64,000 nucleotides of DNA from Octopus bimaculoides (GCF_001194135.2 NC_068989.1:16997776-17061775); one strand, 5' to 3'; positions 13,144-25,689 are shown, counted from the stretch's first letter. Notes: generated from the letters alone by a model not told the origin. Numbers and translations are program-made.

Positions 13144-14899
13144 TATACGCATTGCTAAATATTAAAGATCGATATAACATTTTAAACGTTATAAGTCACT
13201 CACACACATATATGAAAACAAGAAAATTGTGAATTATGCTATTGTTCCATCTTCACAAGGGCTTACCTGAAGATGTAGGCTTTAAATCATCAGGTAAATC
13301 GTGAGAAAGTCAAACACTGAACACACACACACACACAAATACTAATGGCATGCATATATATACACATACCCCAATTCTCTCACACACCTAATTGTTATGT
13401 GGGCATGTGCACATCGATAGCATTTGTATGTGTGTGTGAATGTGCCAATAATTGTTTGAATCTCTATCCATTTTTTCACTTTGCCTCCCCACCTTCTCAC
13501 CCTATTTTGGCCATTTTTTTTGCTCTACGGACTTACAAACCATGCGAGAAGTCATTCCAGTAAAAAAAAGTAAACATTTTTAGACGACAATGTGTGAGAC
13601 TTAAGGGAGATTTGGCACATCCCACGTCCACCTTCCTCGTTTTTTTTTTTTGTTAGTCTCGCATGCATTGATGTTTTTCAATATTTTTCTCCCCCATAAA
13701 CACATTTTATGTAATGGTGAAGAGGAAGTAACACATAGGTGGTTCAATATGGTACTACTAAAGCAGCGCGGACCCGAACGCGCAGTCGCGCGTCCGCGCT
13801 AGCTAGTCGTGAGTGGTATTCATTTGCACACGCGGGTTANNNNNNNNNNNNNNNNNNNNNNNNNNNNNNNNNNNNNNNNNNNNNNNNNNNNNNNNNNNNN
13901 NNNNNNNNNNNNNNNNNNNNNNNNNNNNNNNNNNNNNNNNNNNNNNNNNNNNNNNNNNNNNNNNNNNNNNNNNNNNNNNNNNNNNNNNNNNNNNNNNNNN
14001 NNNNNNNNNNNNNNNNNNNNNNNNNNNNNNNNNNNNNNNNNNNNNNNNNNNNNNNNNNNNNNNNNNNNNNNNNNNNNNNNNNNNNNNNNNNNNNNNNNNN
14101 NNNNNNNNNNNNNNNNNNNNNNNNNNNNNNNNNNNNNNNNNNNNNNNNNNNNNNNNNNNNNNNNNNNNNNNNNNNNNNNNNNNNNNNNNNNNNNNNNNNN
14201 NNNNNNNNNNNNNNNNNNNNNNNNNNNNNNNNNNNNNNNNNNNNNNNNNNNNNNNNNNNNNNNNNNNNNNNNNNNNNNNNNNNNNNNNNNNNNNNNNNNN
14301 NNNNNNNNNNNNNNNNNNNNNNNNNNNNNNNNNNNNNNNNNNNNNNNNNNNNNNNNNNNNNNNNNNNNNNNNNNNNNNNNNNNNNNNNNNNNNNNNNNNN
14401 NNNNNNNNNNNNNNNNNNNNNNNNNNNNNNNNNNNNNNNNNNNNNNNNNNNNNNNNNNNNNNNNNNNNNNNNNNNNNNNNNNNNNNNNNNNNNNNNNNNN
14501 NNNNNNNNNNNNNNNNNNNNNNNNNNNNNNNNNNNNNNNNNNNNNNNNNNNNNNNNNNNNNNNNNNNNNNNNNNNNNNNNNNNNNNNNNNNNNNNNNNNN
14601 NNNNNNNNNNNNNNNNNNNNNNNNNNNNNNNNNNNNNNNNNNNNNNNNNNNNNNNNNNNNNNNNNNNNNNNNNNNNNNNNNNNNNNNNNNNNNNNNNNNN
14701 NNNNNNNNNNNNNNNNNNNNNNNNNNNNNNNNNNNNNNNNNNNNNNNNNNNNNNNNNNNNNNNNNNNNNNNNNNNNNNNNNNNNNNNNNNCATACACATA
14801 TATATATATATAAAATCTTTTAAAAAATGGAAAAATCCTCGTCATAACGGAGAAAATTGATGTTATGGGAGTGTCCTGATCCGAAACTCCGCCGTCTGA

Positions 14900-15260
14900 A
14901 AGTAGAAACTTGACAAACATGTAGTGGCGCGTCTGGCTGCCATCTTGGGAAGTGCCATTGCGCATGTGCAAGGGATTTGCCGTCAGCGGAAGTACCCGAG
15001 CACGCATGCGCAATGCAACAGGTGGAGAAAAAGCAATAGCATTCGCACTCTTTTCTCTCTAGCAGCGGTGGCGACAACACGTATCTCTTGTCCATCCAAC
15101 AGCCGTGGCGACAGGACGTTCTTTCAGGCTGTCCCAACTCGACCCCGACATGTGGTCGAAGCTTCCTTTGGTATTCTAGCGGCATGCCTGTTCACCCAGG
15201 AACGAAACGGCTCTACACCAACCTAGAATAAATTATTGATCTGTTGCTACCGTTATCCCT
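14900..15260. promoter_or_regulatory. CpG-rich promoter-like region upstream of copy B
   Basis: GCCATCTT (YY1-like, 14939), TGCGCATGTGCA (14959) and GCATGCGCA (15004) NRF1-like, CGGAAGT (ETS-like, 14987); CpG-rich sequence also at 13765-13835 across the gap. Confidence 0.6.
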
Positions 15261-15711
15261 CGTGTTGTTGTATTTCTGGATTTTAATGATTAATATAAGA
15301 ACTGGGGAGAGACGGCCGAGCCGTCATATCTCATCCAATTCTTATAAACATATTCATACAGGAATGCAATAAATCATTCTATGAAGGAACTACCTTAACT
15401 AAGCAGAAATTTACACAAGAGAGAGTGTGCATCTTTGCAGCATTTTATGGTAAATCATTCCTTCAGAATTATACCTCAAATGCTCACAAATGCATCTATA
15501 CACGAGAGGCCATATGACATGGAAATATCTTACTTTCGCTTTAAAACTACTTTTATTTAAATACGTCAAGTTATCTCCCTTACATTTGTTGCCATTAACA
15601 ACAAAGCAGTTTTTTAACATTTCATGTTTCAAACTCGTCAGATATATCTATCCTCTCGTTTTCTTTTGAGTACCGGGACCACTTTATAGCTACTACCACT
15701 GTCTTTCCGCC

Positions 15712-15762
15712 ATGGACTCTGTAGTAACTGAAACTTCAATGGAAACGGACAGTCTTCTTACG
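15712..15762 (+). CDS. CFAP119: CFAP119-like copy B, exon 1 (MDSVVTETSMETDSLLT)
   Basis: ccgccATGG Kozak context, ACG|gtaagt donor, phase 0, downstream of the promoter-like region; assignment rests on signals and phase, not sequence similarity. Confidence 0.65.
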
Positions 15763-15771
15763 GTAAGTCAC

Positions 15772-15834
<63 letters not shown>

Positions 15835-17240
15835 GAGTTAATAAGAAAAACATCAGAAAGAAGCACCCTCTAAAAATATAGAACAGGAATTATTACAACA
15901 AAATTTTATATCTTAGACATACAGTTACTCAAGGCTTCGCACACACAAAACCAAAGCCTTGTGGACAACTCGCCAGGCTCTGTGAATACAAAACTTTAAA
16001 ATATCTACATCACAGATGTGAGGAAACGCTCAGAACTCGGAAAATACGATAAAACGTTAATGAGTACGGGTTATCTCCCTTAAACAGAGGGATAAGAATT
16101 TTTTTTTTAAATAGCATAACGATCAAACGGGGAGATCTAATTTTCTAGTAAGTAGTGCTTGAAGCGGATACATTTAGAAAATACTTCTTTACGGCTGTTT
16201 AATGCACCAGGCTTCTTAAAATCCTTAAGAATTTTGGCTCTCTCCGCGATACAGATCTTCCATTAATATGCGGGCCCGGAAAATCAATTAATTTCCACTT
16301 GACATCACACAAAGTCCATTGACCCTTGAGGTACCACACATGGCGGGCCAGAGACGTGACAAACCGTTTTTCTGGAACCCTGAAGGATGACTAGTGGTTA
16401 AGAAAACGTTTCTTGAACGAAGTAGTCACCGAACCAATATATTTATAGACATGGATGTGGCCCTATTTGCACTCCTGGCAACATACGGCTCGGAGCTGGT
16501 CATTCCATCGGTGTCGAAGATGAATGTTTGGTCCTCATCTGAGGTGGCGGAACTGAGAATGGCAGATACCTCCTCCAAGTCGTTGATTCTGGATAAGTCA
16601 TTATTTCCAGGTGCGGCGTCTGTACCGGTCACTCTACCTGTATGTATTGTTTGTTCATTATCTGTGGCGGTGGTATCGGGATCTTCGGTGATGTTCTCTG
16701 TGATGCTGGTCCCGGTTTGGTTATTATCTCTGGGCGTGACAAGTGGATTGGTGTGAGACGTGGTTAATCTGCTGTTCGATATTACATTACGGATATTAGG
16801 TCTAGGCATCACCGTAGCCTCATATATAACACCTTCAGCCTCGCATTGGCCTTCTATTGGACAGTTATTATATACCCTACAAGAGCAACCTGCCTCTTCC
16901 CTTGTATTGTGGGTACTTGATATAATGTTTTTAATGTTATGCAAGGGAGGAGGCAGGTTGCTCTTGCAGGGCATATAATAACTCTACAGTACGATTCTCA
17001 ATTCATATTGTAAATTTTTTAAATATCTAACATAGTTAGCATTTAAAACTAGAAACGTATTTTTTCGAAAAATCTTTCTTACAAAGTTAACTTAGCCTTA
17101 TTTTCCCCTTCATTGTTACCTTATTCAACCTCTCAAATAAACTCATTTATCACTGTACGTTTTTTTTTTTCAATATTTTTAACCTCAGCAAAAATTTCCT
17201 CACATTTCTGTAATATTAACAACTATTCTTCTTTTTTTCT
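15835..17240 (-). mobile_element. Penelope-like element, 3' part with GIY-YIG endonuclease
   Basis: NIKNIISSTHN, CSCR..CPIEGQC...VIYEATV, then KYIGSVTTSFKKRFLNH, TSLARHVWYLK, CIAERAKIL, LNSRKEVFSKC..KH; frameshifts and stops present. Confidence 0.85.
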
Positions 17241-18070
17241 AGTCCTTCCTCTTATAGAACATTTGTAGAGATATGGATGCATATGTGACTAAAAGTTTAC
17301 TCACAGTTTTACAGTTTTGGTATAGAGGTATTGCAGTCCACGTGTATACATTTTCATGCACGTTTTGCTGTGGCAGTGCATTTGAGAGAAACTATTATAT
17401 ATATATATATATATATNNNNNNNNNNNNNNNNNNNNNNNNNNNNNNNNNNNNNNNNNNNNNNNNNNNNNNNNNNNNNNNNNNNNNNNNNNNNNNNNNNNN
17501 NNNNNNNNNNNNNNNNTAGATTTTCCTTGCATAGTTTGTGTTTGTGTTCTCGTCATTGTTTAGTAGCAATTACAGAGAAAGATAGAATGATGTTGTAAGA
17601 GCACAGAATTAGAGCTAGTGAGAGTGTGGGACGTTGTCTTTCTTTTTCCCTCTGGCCTTTTGTCTGCCTGCTTCCATGATTCTAGTGGTCGGTTCACTAA
17701 CTGATGTTAGCTCTCTCTCTCAACTCAAAAGTTGTCACCAAAATGACTAACTCAGTTGTCTCCAAGTCACTAACTGGCTTTTGATTGTGGTTCTTGCTTT
17801 TATAACAATCCAGAAGGATAAACATATCGTTGAGAACAATGGGCTTCGCTGGTGGTACTGTGATATCTCTATTCTAGCTTTTGGTGGAGTAGAAGAGGTT
17901 ATAAGGGTCAAGTGGTGAAGACATTATTTCGGCCTAGCTAAAGGCATCTGGCGTATGTAAAACTGCTGTCACTGAAAAAAAACCCATTGTTCCACCGTGA
18001 GAAAAGCTAGATTGAACTGTTAATTTAAATTTGGCTATGGTGGATCGAATCCACTTCATGCCTGCAAGAT

Positions 18071-18102
<32 letters not shown>

Positions 18103-18596
18103 CTCCATATAAGAAAAATCTTTTGACTTACTGAGATGCCTTATATTAAAACATGGTCTTCTTTCATTGTTTTTGTGGATTCTTCATTCCTGCTTCGTGA
18201 TGGTTTCAGATTTGATATATTCTTCCCGGACAGCTCGCTGTCCTTCCCTTTACGCATTCGTGTGTGGGCTATATAAACTTTATAATTATCATTGATGTAT
18301 AAGCGAGAATCCGAGAAACAGCAATGTGCATACGTATGTATAGATGATTTGTAGAGATATGGTTGCATATGTAATAAAAAAATTTACTCAGTTTCGCAGT
18401 TTTGGTATAGAGATATTGCAGCCTACGTGTTTGCATTTTCACGCCTGTCTTTCTGTGGCAGCACATCTGAAGGAAGCTATTTTATATATTATTATTTGAT
18501 GAAAACTCTCAGCTGGGTATGATGGAAAATGTCAGCTGTCCACAGCCAGCAGACTAAGGTGACACTTGCATACTGGTTATGCTTCAAGAACCCTAT

Positions 18597-18978
18597 ACTC
18601 TTTTACTTGTTTCAGTCATTTGACTGCGGCCATGCTGGAGCACCGCCTTTAGTCGAGCAAATCGACCCCAAGGCTTATTCTTTGGAAGCCTAGTACTTAT
18701 TCTATCGATCTTTTTTGCCGAAGCGCTAAGTTACGGGGACGTAAACACACCAGCATCGGTTGTCAAGCGATGTTGGGGGGACAAACACAGACGCACACAC
18801 ACNNNNNNNNNNNNNNNNNNNNNNNNNNNNNNNNNNNNNNNNNNNNNNNNNNNNNNNNNNNNNNNNNNNNNNNNNNNNNNNNNNNNNNNNNNNNNNNNNN
18901 NNNNNNNNNNNNNNNNNNNNNNNNNNNNNNNNNNNNNNNNNNNNNNNNNNNNNNNNNNNNNNNNNNNNNNNNNNNNNN

Positions 18979-19011
<33 letters not shown>

Positions 19012-19181
19012 TATATACGACGGGCTTCTTTCAGTTTCCGTCTACCAAATGCACTCACAAGGCTTTGGTCGGACCGAGGCTATAGTAGAAGACACTTGCC
19101 CAATGTGCCACGCAGTGGGACTGAACCAAGAACCATGTGGCTGGTAAGCAAGCTACTTACCACACAGCCACTCCTGCGCCT
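18597..19181 (-). mobile_element. SINE family B with an N-gap in its internal microsatellite
   Basis: Both halves flank gap 18803-18978. Confidence 0.9.
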
Positions 19182-19184
19182 ATG

Positions 19185-19400
19185 AAGAATTCTTGCAGTG
19201 ACACCAGACTTCTTCACATGTTTCAACAATGGTCCCACGGTATTTTTTATATACCACCCTAAGCTGTTTTCCTCTGTTTCGATACAATCCTGGCAACTGA
19301 TGAAACCTTTCCCACCCTCCCTACCTCCATTCAGTTTTCTTTCAAGAACCTTTCGAATACTTTTCTTGAAGTATTTGGGACTCTCTCATTCATCTTTTTT
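19185..19400 (-). mobile_element. R4/Dong-like RLE LINE fragment (post-RT)
   Basis: GGKGFISCQDCIETEENSLGWYIKN; similar to 24140-24300. Confidence 0.7.
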
Positions 19401-19418
19401 GTTTATTATTATTATTAC

Positions 19419-19860
19419 TGAGAGAAGTGCATGCCATCAAAGTGACACATGGGTAAAATATATAAAGCCCAGTATACCCATCATGACTACCCGTCTGATA
19501 AGGGTACACCAGGCACATGCATCACAACCATATGTGCGCGACATGGCGATCTCATATCAAGATAAACAGCACATAGCCTTGCAAGTGGGGCCCAGTTAGA
19601 CTTTTCTTTAGGTCGAGTAGCCTATCCCACTCAATGGCCCCTGAATAAGGTTTGTTTAAGGATGTTGAACGAAACACCCATGTTTCCAAAGGTGAATTAC
19701 CCAAACCCCAAAGAATTCCTCTCAACACTTGGCTATGATGCTTCCCCACTACTTCTGTTCATGATGAGAGATAGACATATCGTCAGCCACTAAGGGACAT
19801 GCTCAGCTGATTAAGGTCAAACAACTGACAAGCAAATCTGTGGTATTGAGCAGAATATTG
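19419..19860 (-). mobile_element. (TAA)n-associated ~560 bp non-coding interspersed element, copy 1
   Basis: High similarity to five other copies; ATT repeats on both flanks; strand assigned from (TAA)n polarity. Confidence 0.8.
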
Positions 19861-19861
19861 T

Positions 19862-20245
19862 TATTATTGTTGTTGTTGTTGTTCTCCTTGGTACAATATG
19901 AAGCTTAACTGTATAAGAATAATTTTGGGGGCTTATTTTCATACAGGAAGAAGAAAGCGAAACAGAATTTACAGAAAAAGAAAAGGTTTGTTGTTAGTTT
20001 TTTTCCTTTTTTTCCTTCTGATTTTCAACTATTTTTTCATTTGTTCCTGAGTATTCGGTTTTCTTGTTTTCATGCTTTAAGACAAGTTTTAGAATCCAGT
20101 CATCAGAGTTTTTCAGGTAAGTGCTTAGGCCAATTGTGGCAATCTTCATTGTCAATTCAAGTTGTAAAAGTCCACGGCCACCCTCTTTTCTTAGCAAGTA
20201 AAGTCGTTCTACATCTGCCTTATGGTGGTTCATTCTAATCTCGTG
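19862..20245 (-). mobile_element. R4/Dong-like derivative: RT C-terminus fused to a 3' tail module
   Basis: HHKADVERLYLLRKEGGRGLLQLE...KHENKKT followed directly by a tail ending in (CAA/TAA)n. Confidence 0.75.
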
Positions 20246-20549
20246 NNNNNNNNNNNNNNNNNNNNNNNNNNNNNNNNNNNNNNNNNNNNNNNNNNNNNNN
20301 NNNNNNNNNNNNNNNNNNNNNNNNNNNNNNNNNNNNNNNNNNNNNNNNNNNNNNNNNNNNNNNNNNNNNNNNNNNNNNNNNNNNNNNNNNNNNNNNNNNN
20401 NNNNNNNNNNNNNNNNNNNNNNNNNNNNNNNNNNNNNNNNNNNNNNNNNNNNNNNNNNNNNNNNNNNNNNNNNNNNNNNNNNNNNNNNNNNNNNNNNNNN
20501 NNNNNNNNNNNNNNNNNNNNNNNNNNNNNNNNNNNNNNNNNNNNNNNNA

Positions 20550-21571
20550 AGACAGAGAAAAAGGAAAAAATAAAATATAAAAAGGTAAACAAAGAAAATA
20601 AAAGGGGGGAAAAAGAAAGAAAACTCACAGCGACAATGCTCTTCTCAGTACGTGTGACGTACCAGTTAAGACAATCTTTTGCACTTACTGCATGGGTGGT
20701 AAGCCAGGGATCATTCTTAAATAGTTTTCAGTTCCTTTTTTGATTATTCCAAGTGCTTCTACAATCATTGGTATCATAACCGTCTTGAGATGCCACATCT
20801 TTTCGATTTCGATTAACAAATCTTTATATTTTCTGAGTTTATCAAATTCTTTTGCCGAGATATTATGGTCACAGAGTATGCTCATGTCAATCAATAAACA
20901 GACTTTATTGTTTTGGTCTTTCACAATAATATCTGGTTTGTTTGCTTTGATGGATCAATCTGTACATAATGGGAAGTCCCAAAGAATCGTTACATTTTCT
21001 CCCTCAGTTACAATCTCAGGGTGATGCTTTTACCATTTGTCAGCAGTTTTGATTTTATAATGCCGACACATTATCCAATGTAGATATTGACCAACTCTTT
21101 CATGTCTTGATTTGTACTCTACAGGTGCTAAAACCTTACATCCAGAGATTAGGCGGTCCATTGTTTCAATCCCATCATTGCAGTATCGGTGCTTTAGGTC
21201 TACATCATTTTTCATTACATTGGATTAATAGCTCCGGGTCAACAAGCTCTGATCTTGGGCAGCCAAGATAAAGCCTTCACTCTCAGCCTTTAGCCCTGAG
21301 CTCCGTAGCCACTGATGGGTGTGCTTCTGGTCTACATCAGCTTGTTTGCTACGGGCCACATATTTGCCATGCAGAGGTTTTTGTTCCCACCTATCATTCA
21401 ATTATTGAAAAGCATTTTGCTTTGCTATTGATTTTTACCTTCTTTACAACTACAATTGCCGCACTTCCATCATGTTGTTCAACCTGGGTATTATGCATAA
21501 ATTCATTTGAAAATTTTTTGCTCTCCTTCATAACAGAATGAAGCTTCTTACGTCTTTCATTGTTTTCAACG

Positions 21572-21575
<4 letters not shown>
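20550..21575 (-). mobile_element. R4/Dong-like LINE 3' fragment (CCHC + RLE)
   Basis: LHGKY, WLRSSGLKAESEGFILAAQDQSL, RHERVGQYLHW, CLLIDMS..DHNISAKE..KYKDL; begins right after (TAA)n. Confidence 0.88.
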
Positions 21576-21624
<49 letters not shown>

Positions 21625-21626
<2 letters not shown>

Positions 21627-21905
21627 GTTTGTGTTGAAATAGTTTTAATATTGTTCTCCATGGTACAATATAGATAAATTCAACCGTATAAGAATAATTT
21701 TCGGTGCTTATTTTCACACAGGAAGAGGATAGCGAAACAGAAATTGCAAATATAAAAAAGGTTTGTTGTTACTTTTTCCCTTTTTTTTCTATTTTTTCAT
21801 TTGTTACTGAGTACATAGTCTTCTTGTTTTCATGCTTTAAGACAAATTTTAGTATCTAGTCATCAGTTTTTCAGGTAAGTGTCTAGGTCAGTTGTAGCAA
21901 TCTTC
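21625..21905 (-). mobile_element. Second copy of the RT-C-terminus/tail derivative
   Basis: ELTMKIATTDLDTYLKN...KHENKKT joined to the same tail module as 19862-20245. Confidence 0.75.
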
Positions 21906-21909
21906 ATTG

Positions 21910-23207
21910 TTAATTCAATATTTTTATTATTATTTAAGACGTCGCACAGTATCCAATATCGTGATGTTGTTGGCTGAAGATGTGTCGACCGGGGATTTGT
22001 ACTGTCTGTCAAGTCACAACAGGGACCACAGACAGGCAATACTTTACGCAATATGCGTGCAGTTCCAAGTAATGCCGATTTTTGCAATACATCTAGATTA
22101 TAGGGTACTTCTAAAGTTTCCAGATGTTTCTTCAGGTTGGGTGGTATCAAACTCAATGCTCCAATGACAATAGGGATACCCTTTATATTTGACTCTCGTA
22201 GCTATCACGTCTTGGTGATCTCAATTCTCAAGTCTTCATATTTATCAATATTTTCTCTTTCTTTCATATGTTGATCTCCTGGCACTGCCATGTCGAATAT
22301 TAGGCACGCACGTTTGTCCCTCCTAAAGGTTACTATATCCGGCCTTCGGTGCTCTAACACCTTGTCTGTCTCGAAGTTAAAGTTCCAGAGGAATTTTGCC
22401 TTCCCCTTTTCGCCCGTTACCTTTTCCGGTGTATGTTGGTACCAAGCACCCATTACATCGTATCCATATTTCAGGCATAGTAACCAGTGAAGGTTTTGGG
22501 CTACCTTGTCGTGTCTGCGCTTGTACTCTTTCTGCACAAGACTTTCACAAGCACTAGCAGTGTGAGTCACTCTTTCGACCTTTTTCCCACACATTCTGCA
22601 GAGGTTCGTTGCACTTCTGTGGTATGTATCCTTTTTCACTGAGTTGGTATTCAATGATGGATCCTGGGCAACGATGGTTAGGCTTTCAGTCTTCCTTTCT
22701 AGGTCACCGTTGCTGAGTCACCTCCATGATGCTTCCTGGTCATTTAAGCTGTTAGTTTCACAGTCGAACTGACTATGTAATTCCACGCGGAGTAGAGTTT
22801 CTTCTTTCTCGTTGGCTATTCGTGATTGGAATTCATTAGCACTCTCAAGTCCATTTTTGGTAAATCGTTCTGTATTAGCAGCCTACTGTAGCAAGTCTTG
22901 TTTGCTGTTTACCAAATATTCTGTCACGTTTCTTCTGTCACTGTTGATGCACTACCGTACGCTAATCAGCTCACATTTACCGTTACACCTCTTCATGTAG
23001 AGCCTGTGTACGTTCGCCTTAAGGTAGAGGGCACCATGCATTGTCCTTGTCTTTCGGGTAGTGCGATCGAGTTGGTTAATCTCAGCTCGTGTCTATTTCA
23101 GGATGGGTGCACTATAGCGGACTACAGCAATAGGCCATATGTTGATGGCAATCACAAATTTCCTGGAGTTAAGTTTTGATTTCAAGAGAAGTTTGAGGCG
23201 CTTCAAA

Positions 23208-23208
<1 letters not shown>
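21910..23208 (-). mobile_element. R4/Dong-like LINE 3' fragment
   Basis: ORF 22205-22654 (CRMC..HTASAC, RRHDKVA..LHW, RRPDI..FDMAVP, E..KYEDL) and LQKSALLGTARILRKVL; (TAA)n at both ends. Confidence 0.88.
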
Positions 23209-23271
<63 letters not shown>

Positions 23272-25105
23272 GTCTTTGCACAGCTTCTAACTCTCGAGAT
23301 GTACTATGGTGCCAGCTGTTCACTACCAGTGAACTAAGGTAACACCCCTTATTTTTCGAGCGGTTCCAAGCAGTACTGTTTTCTGCAAGTGCTCCACCCT
23401 TATTGTAGCCCCTATTTGTTCCATGGGCTTCTCAAGATTTTTACTCACCGTTCCCAGGAATCCGACAGTTATTGGTACTACTACCACCTATTTCAGCAAC
23501 CACAACTGCTTAACCTCTCAAGCTAACCTGTGATATCTATCGACTTTTCTTTCTTCCTTATCGCATACCTTGTTGTCAGCTGGGCATGCTATATCTATGG
23601 TCCAGCATCGTTTTCTTTCTTTCTCAATTAACACTATGTCTGGTTTCCTATTCTCTATTTTATGGTAGCACTGAATCATAAAATCCCATAGGATCTTTGC
23701 ATTATCATTTTCGATGATGCCTTCGAGTTTATGTTCGTATCACTTTTTTACTCTGTGAAGTCCATACTTGTTGCAAAGTGTCCATTGGACAATCCTTGCT
23801 ATGTTGTCACGATGTCTCTTATATTTTTTCTGAGCTAGTGGCGTACATTGACTGGTAATATGCCATACGGCTTCACCATTTTGTCCACAAATTCTGCACT
23901 TATCACTTTATTATGTATTGCCTATTCTGTATTTGATGTAATTGGTTCTTAATGCTTGCTTTTGAGCATCACAGATTAGAGCCTCAGGTTTTAAATCACT
24001 TTTAGTCATCCATAGCCATCTTTTTTCTCTGTCTGTCTTATCTTCAACATCCCTATGAGATTCATCATGTATTCTTTTCTTTATCCAACTATTTTCAGTT
24101 TCATTCATTCTCAAGTACTTGTGCAGTGCTTTATCTTTGCAATCTTCCATCCTACACTTCTAATAATAGCGGTCCTGTGGCATTTTTTACATACCATCCT
24201 ATGTTGTTTTCTTCTGCTCTAATGCTGTGTTCGCATCCAATCAGTCCTCTTCCCCCTCTTTTTCTTGGTACATACAGTCTGTCATGTCACTTTTTGGGTG
24301 GACTATCCCATATCTAGTTAGCAACTTCCTAGTCTTTCTGTCTAAGCTGTTTAGTTCGTCTACTGTCCATGCAATTACCCCTGCTCCATATCTAAGTAGT
24401 GAAACCTCCTAGGCGTTGATAGCTTCAATCTTATTCCGTCCGTTTAATTTCGGCTTAAGAATCAGTCTCATCCGGCGCAAGTACTCTACCTTAAATTTTT
24501 CTGTCATTTTTTCTACATTAATTTATCCATTTCCAATATCCAACAGTACTTATAGCCTATCTTTTCTATCTACTTCATAACACCCCTCCCCCGACGGTAT
24601 CGCTAGCCCGTTCATACATTTGATTTTGCCTCTCTTCAAGACTAACACACCATACTTTTTCAGTCCGAACTCCATTCTGATATCAGCACTGAAAATATAC
24701 ACTGTATCAACGAGTGAACTAACTGCTATTCATCTTTACTACAAAGTTTGAGGTCATCCATAAATAAAAAGTGGTTGACTTTTTCTGGGCGGCCTTTGAA
24801 TACATACCCAGAATCAGTGTTAATGGTATCATACACAGTACAAAGATCAGTGGGGACAGACAATCCCCTTGGAAAATGCCTCTCCTGATTTCCATTGTCC
24901 CTAAACTTCGATGTCACAGCGAATGTGACATCGAAATCACGCGTAAACGGCTCCTTTCCCCAGAAAAGGAAAGATTTGGCTGTTATTTCTTGCACGCCCT
25001 GCTACCATGTAACAGGTATTTTGTGTTCTTTATCGCACATAGCTGTTACGTGGTAGAAGGACATACTAGAAATAGCAGCCAAGTCTTTGGAGGTGAGATA
25101 CGTTG
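23272..25105 (-). mobile_element. R4/Dong-like LINE fragment (RT to RLE)
   Basis: RRGIFQGDCLSP, NHFLFMDDLK, RHDNIARIVQWTLCNKYGL, KPDIVLIEKE; (TAA)n tail. Confidence 0.88.
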
Positions 25106-25660
25106 AATGCACTCGAAAAAACCTATGGAAAACAATTATTTCACACCGAGGTTACAAACGGGTCATTTTGACTTTAAAATATTTTGAAAGTATGTCCCCC
25201 TCTAATTATTGTAATGGTATTCACTTGAAAATAAAAAAAGGAACATTAAAATATTGTCTGTTTAAAAGCTAAAATATAATACTTACTGTACAAACAACTT
25301 ACATTTTTGAAATCACATTCACTTAAAAATATTTCTTAATGATTAAAATATTGTTTATAACAAAAGCGAAAATAGAAACATTTACTGTAAAAACCAGATT
25401 GTATTTTTTCGTGGTCAAGTCAGTGTCTAATCGAAAGGTAAGAGTTTCTTCCCTTCCATGGTTAAGTTAGTTTCGGAATATTTTCCCATTATGCACTGTT
25501 TTGGGTATTTATACCCCGAAAACCCCTAATATCTCAACAAACACTTGTCCGATTTAAGCGAAACTTTTTTTATTCCGTTCGTACTCACGTTTCAGGGGAT
25601 TCCAAATTCATAGTATTTTCGCATTATGCACCAGTTTTGCTGGGTAACACTGCAAGCAAG
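25105..25660. mobile_element. Probable non-autonomous DNA transposon fragment between two LINE pieces
   Basis: Non-coding AT-rich block; right end reads CAGTGTTACCCAG on the minus strand (hAT-like terminus); no matching second TIR seen. Confidence 0.3.
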
Positions 25661-25689
25661 CAAGCCAGCAAGATTCAAGTTCACTTTTA

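Noticed and set aside
15243-15256. RFX X-box upstream of copy B
   Set aside because: Only one half-site matches; too weak to call.
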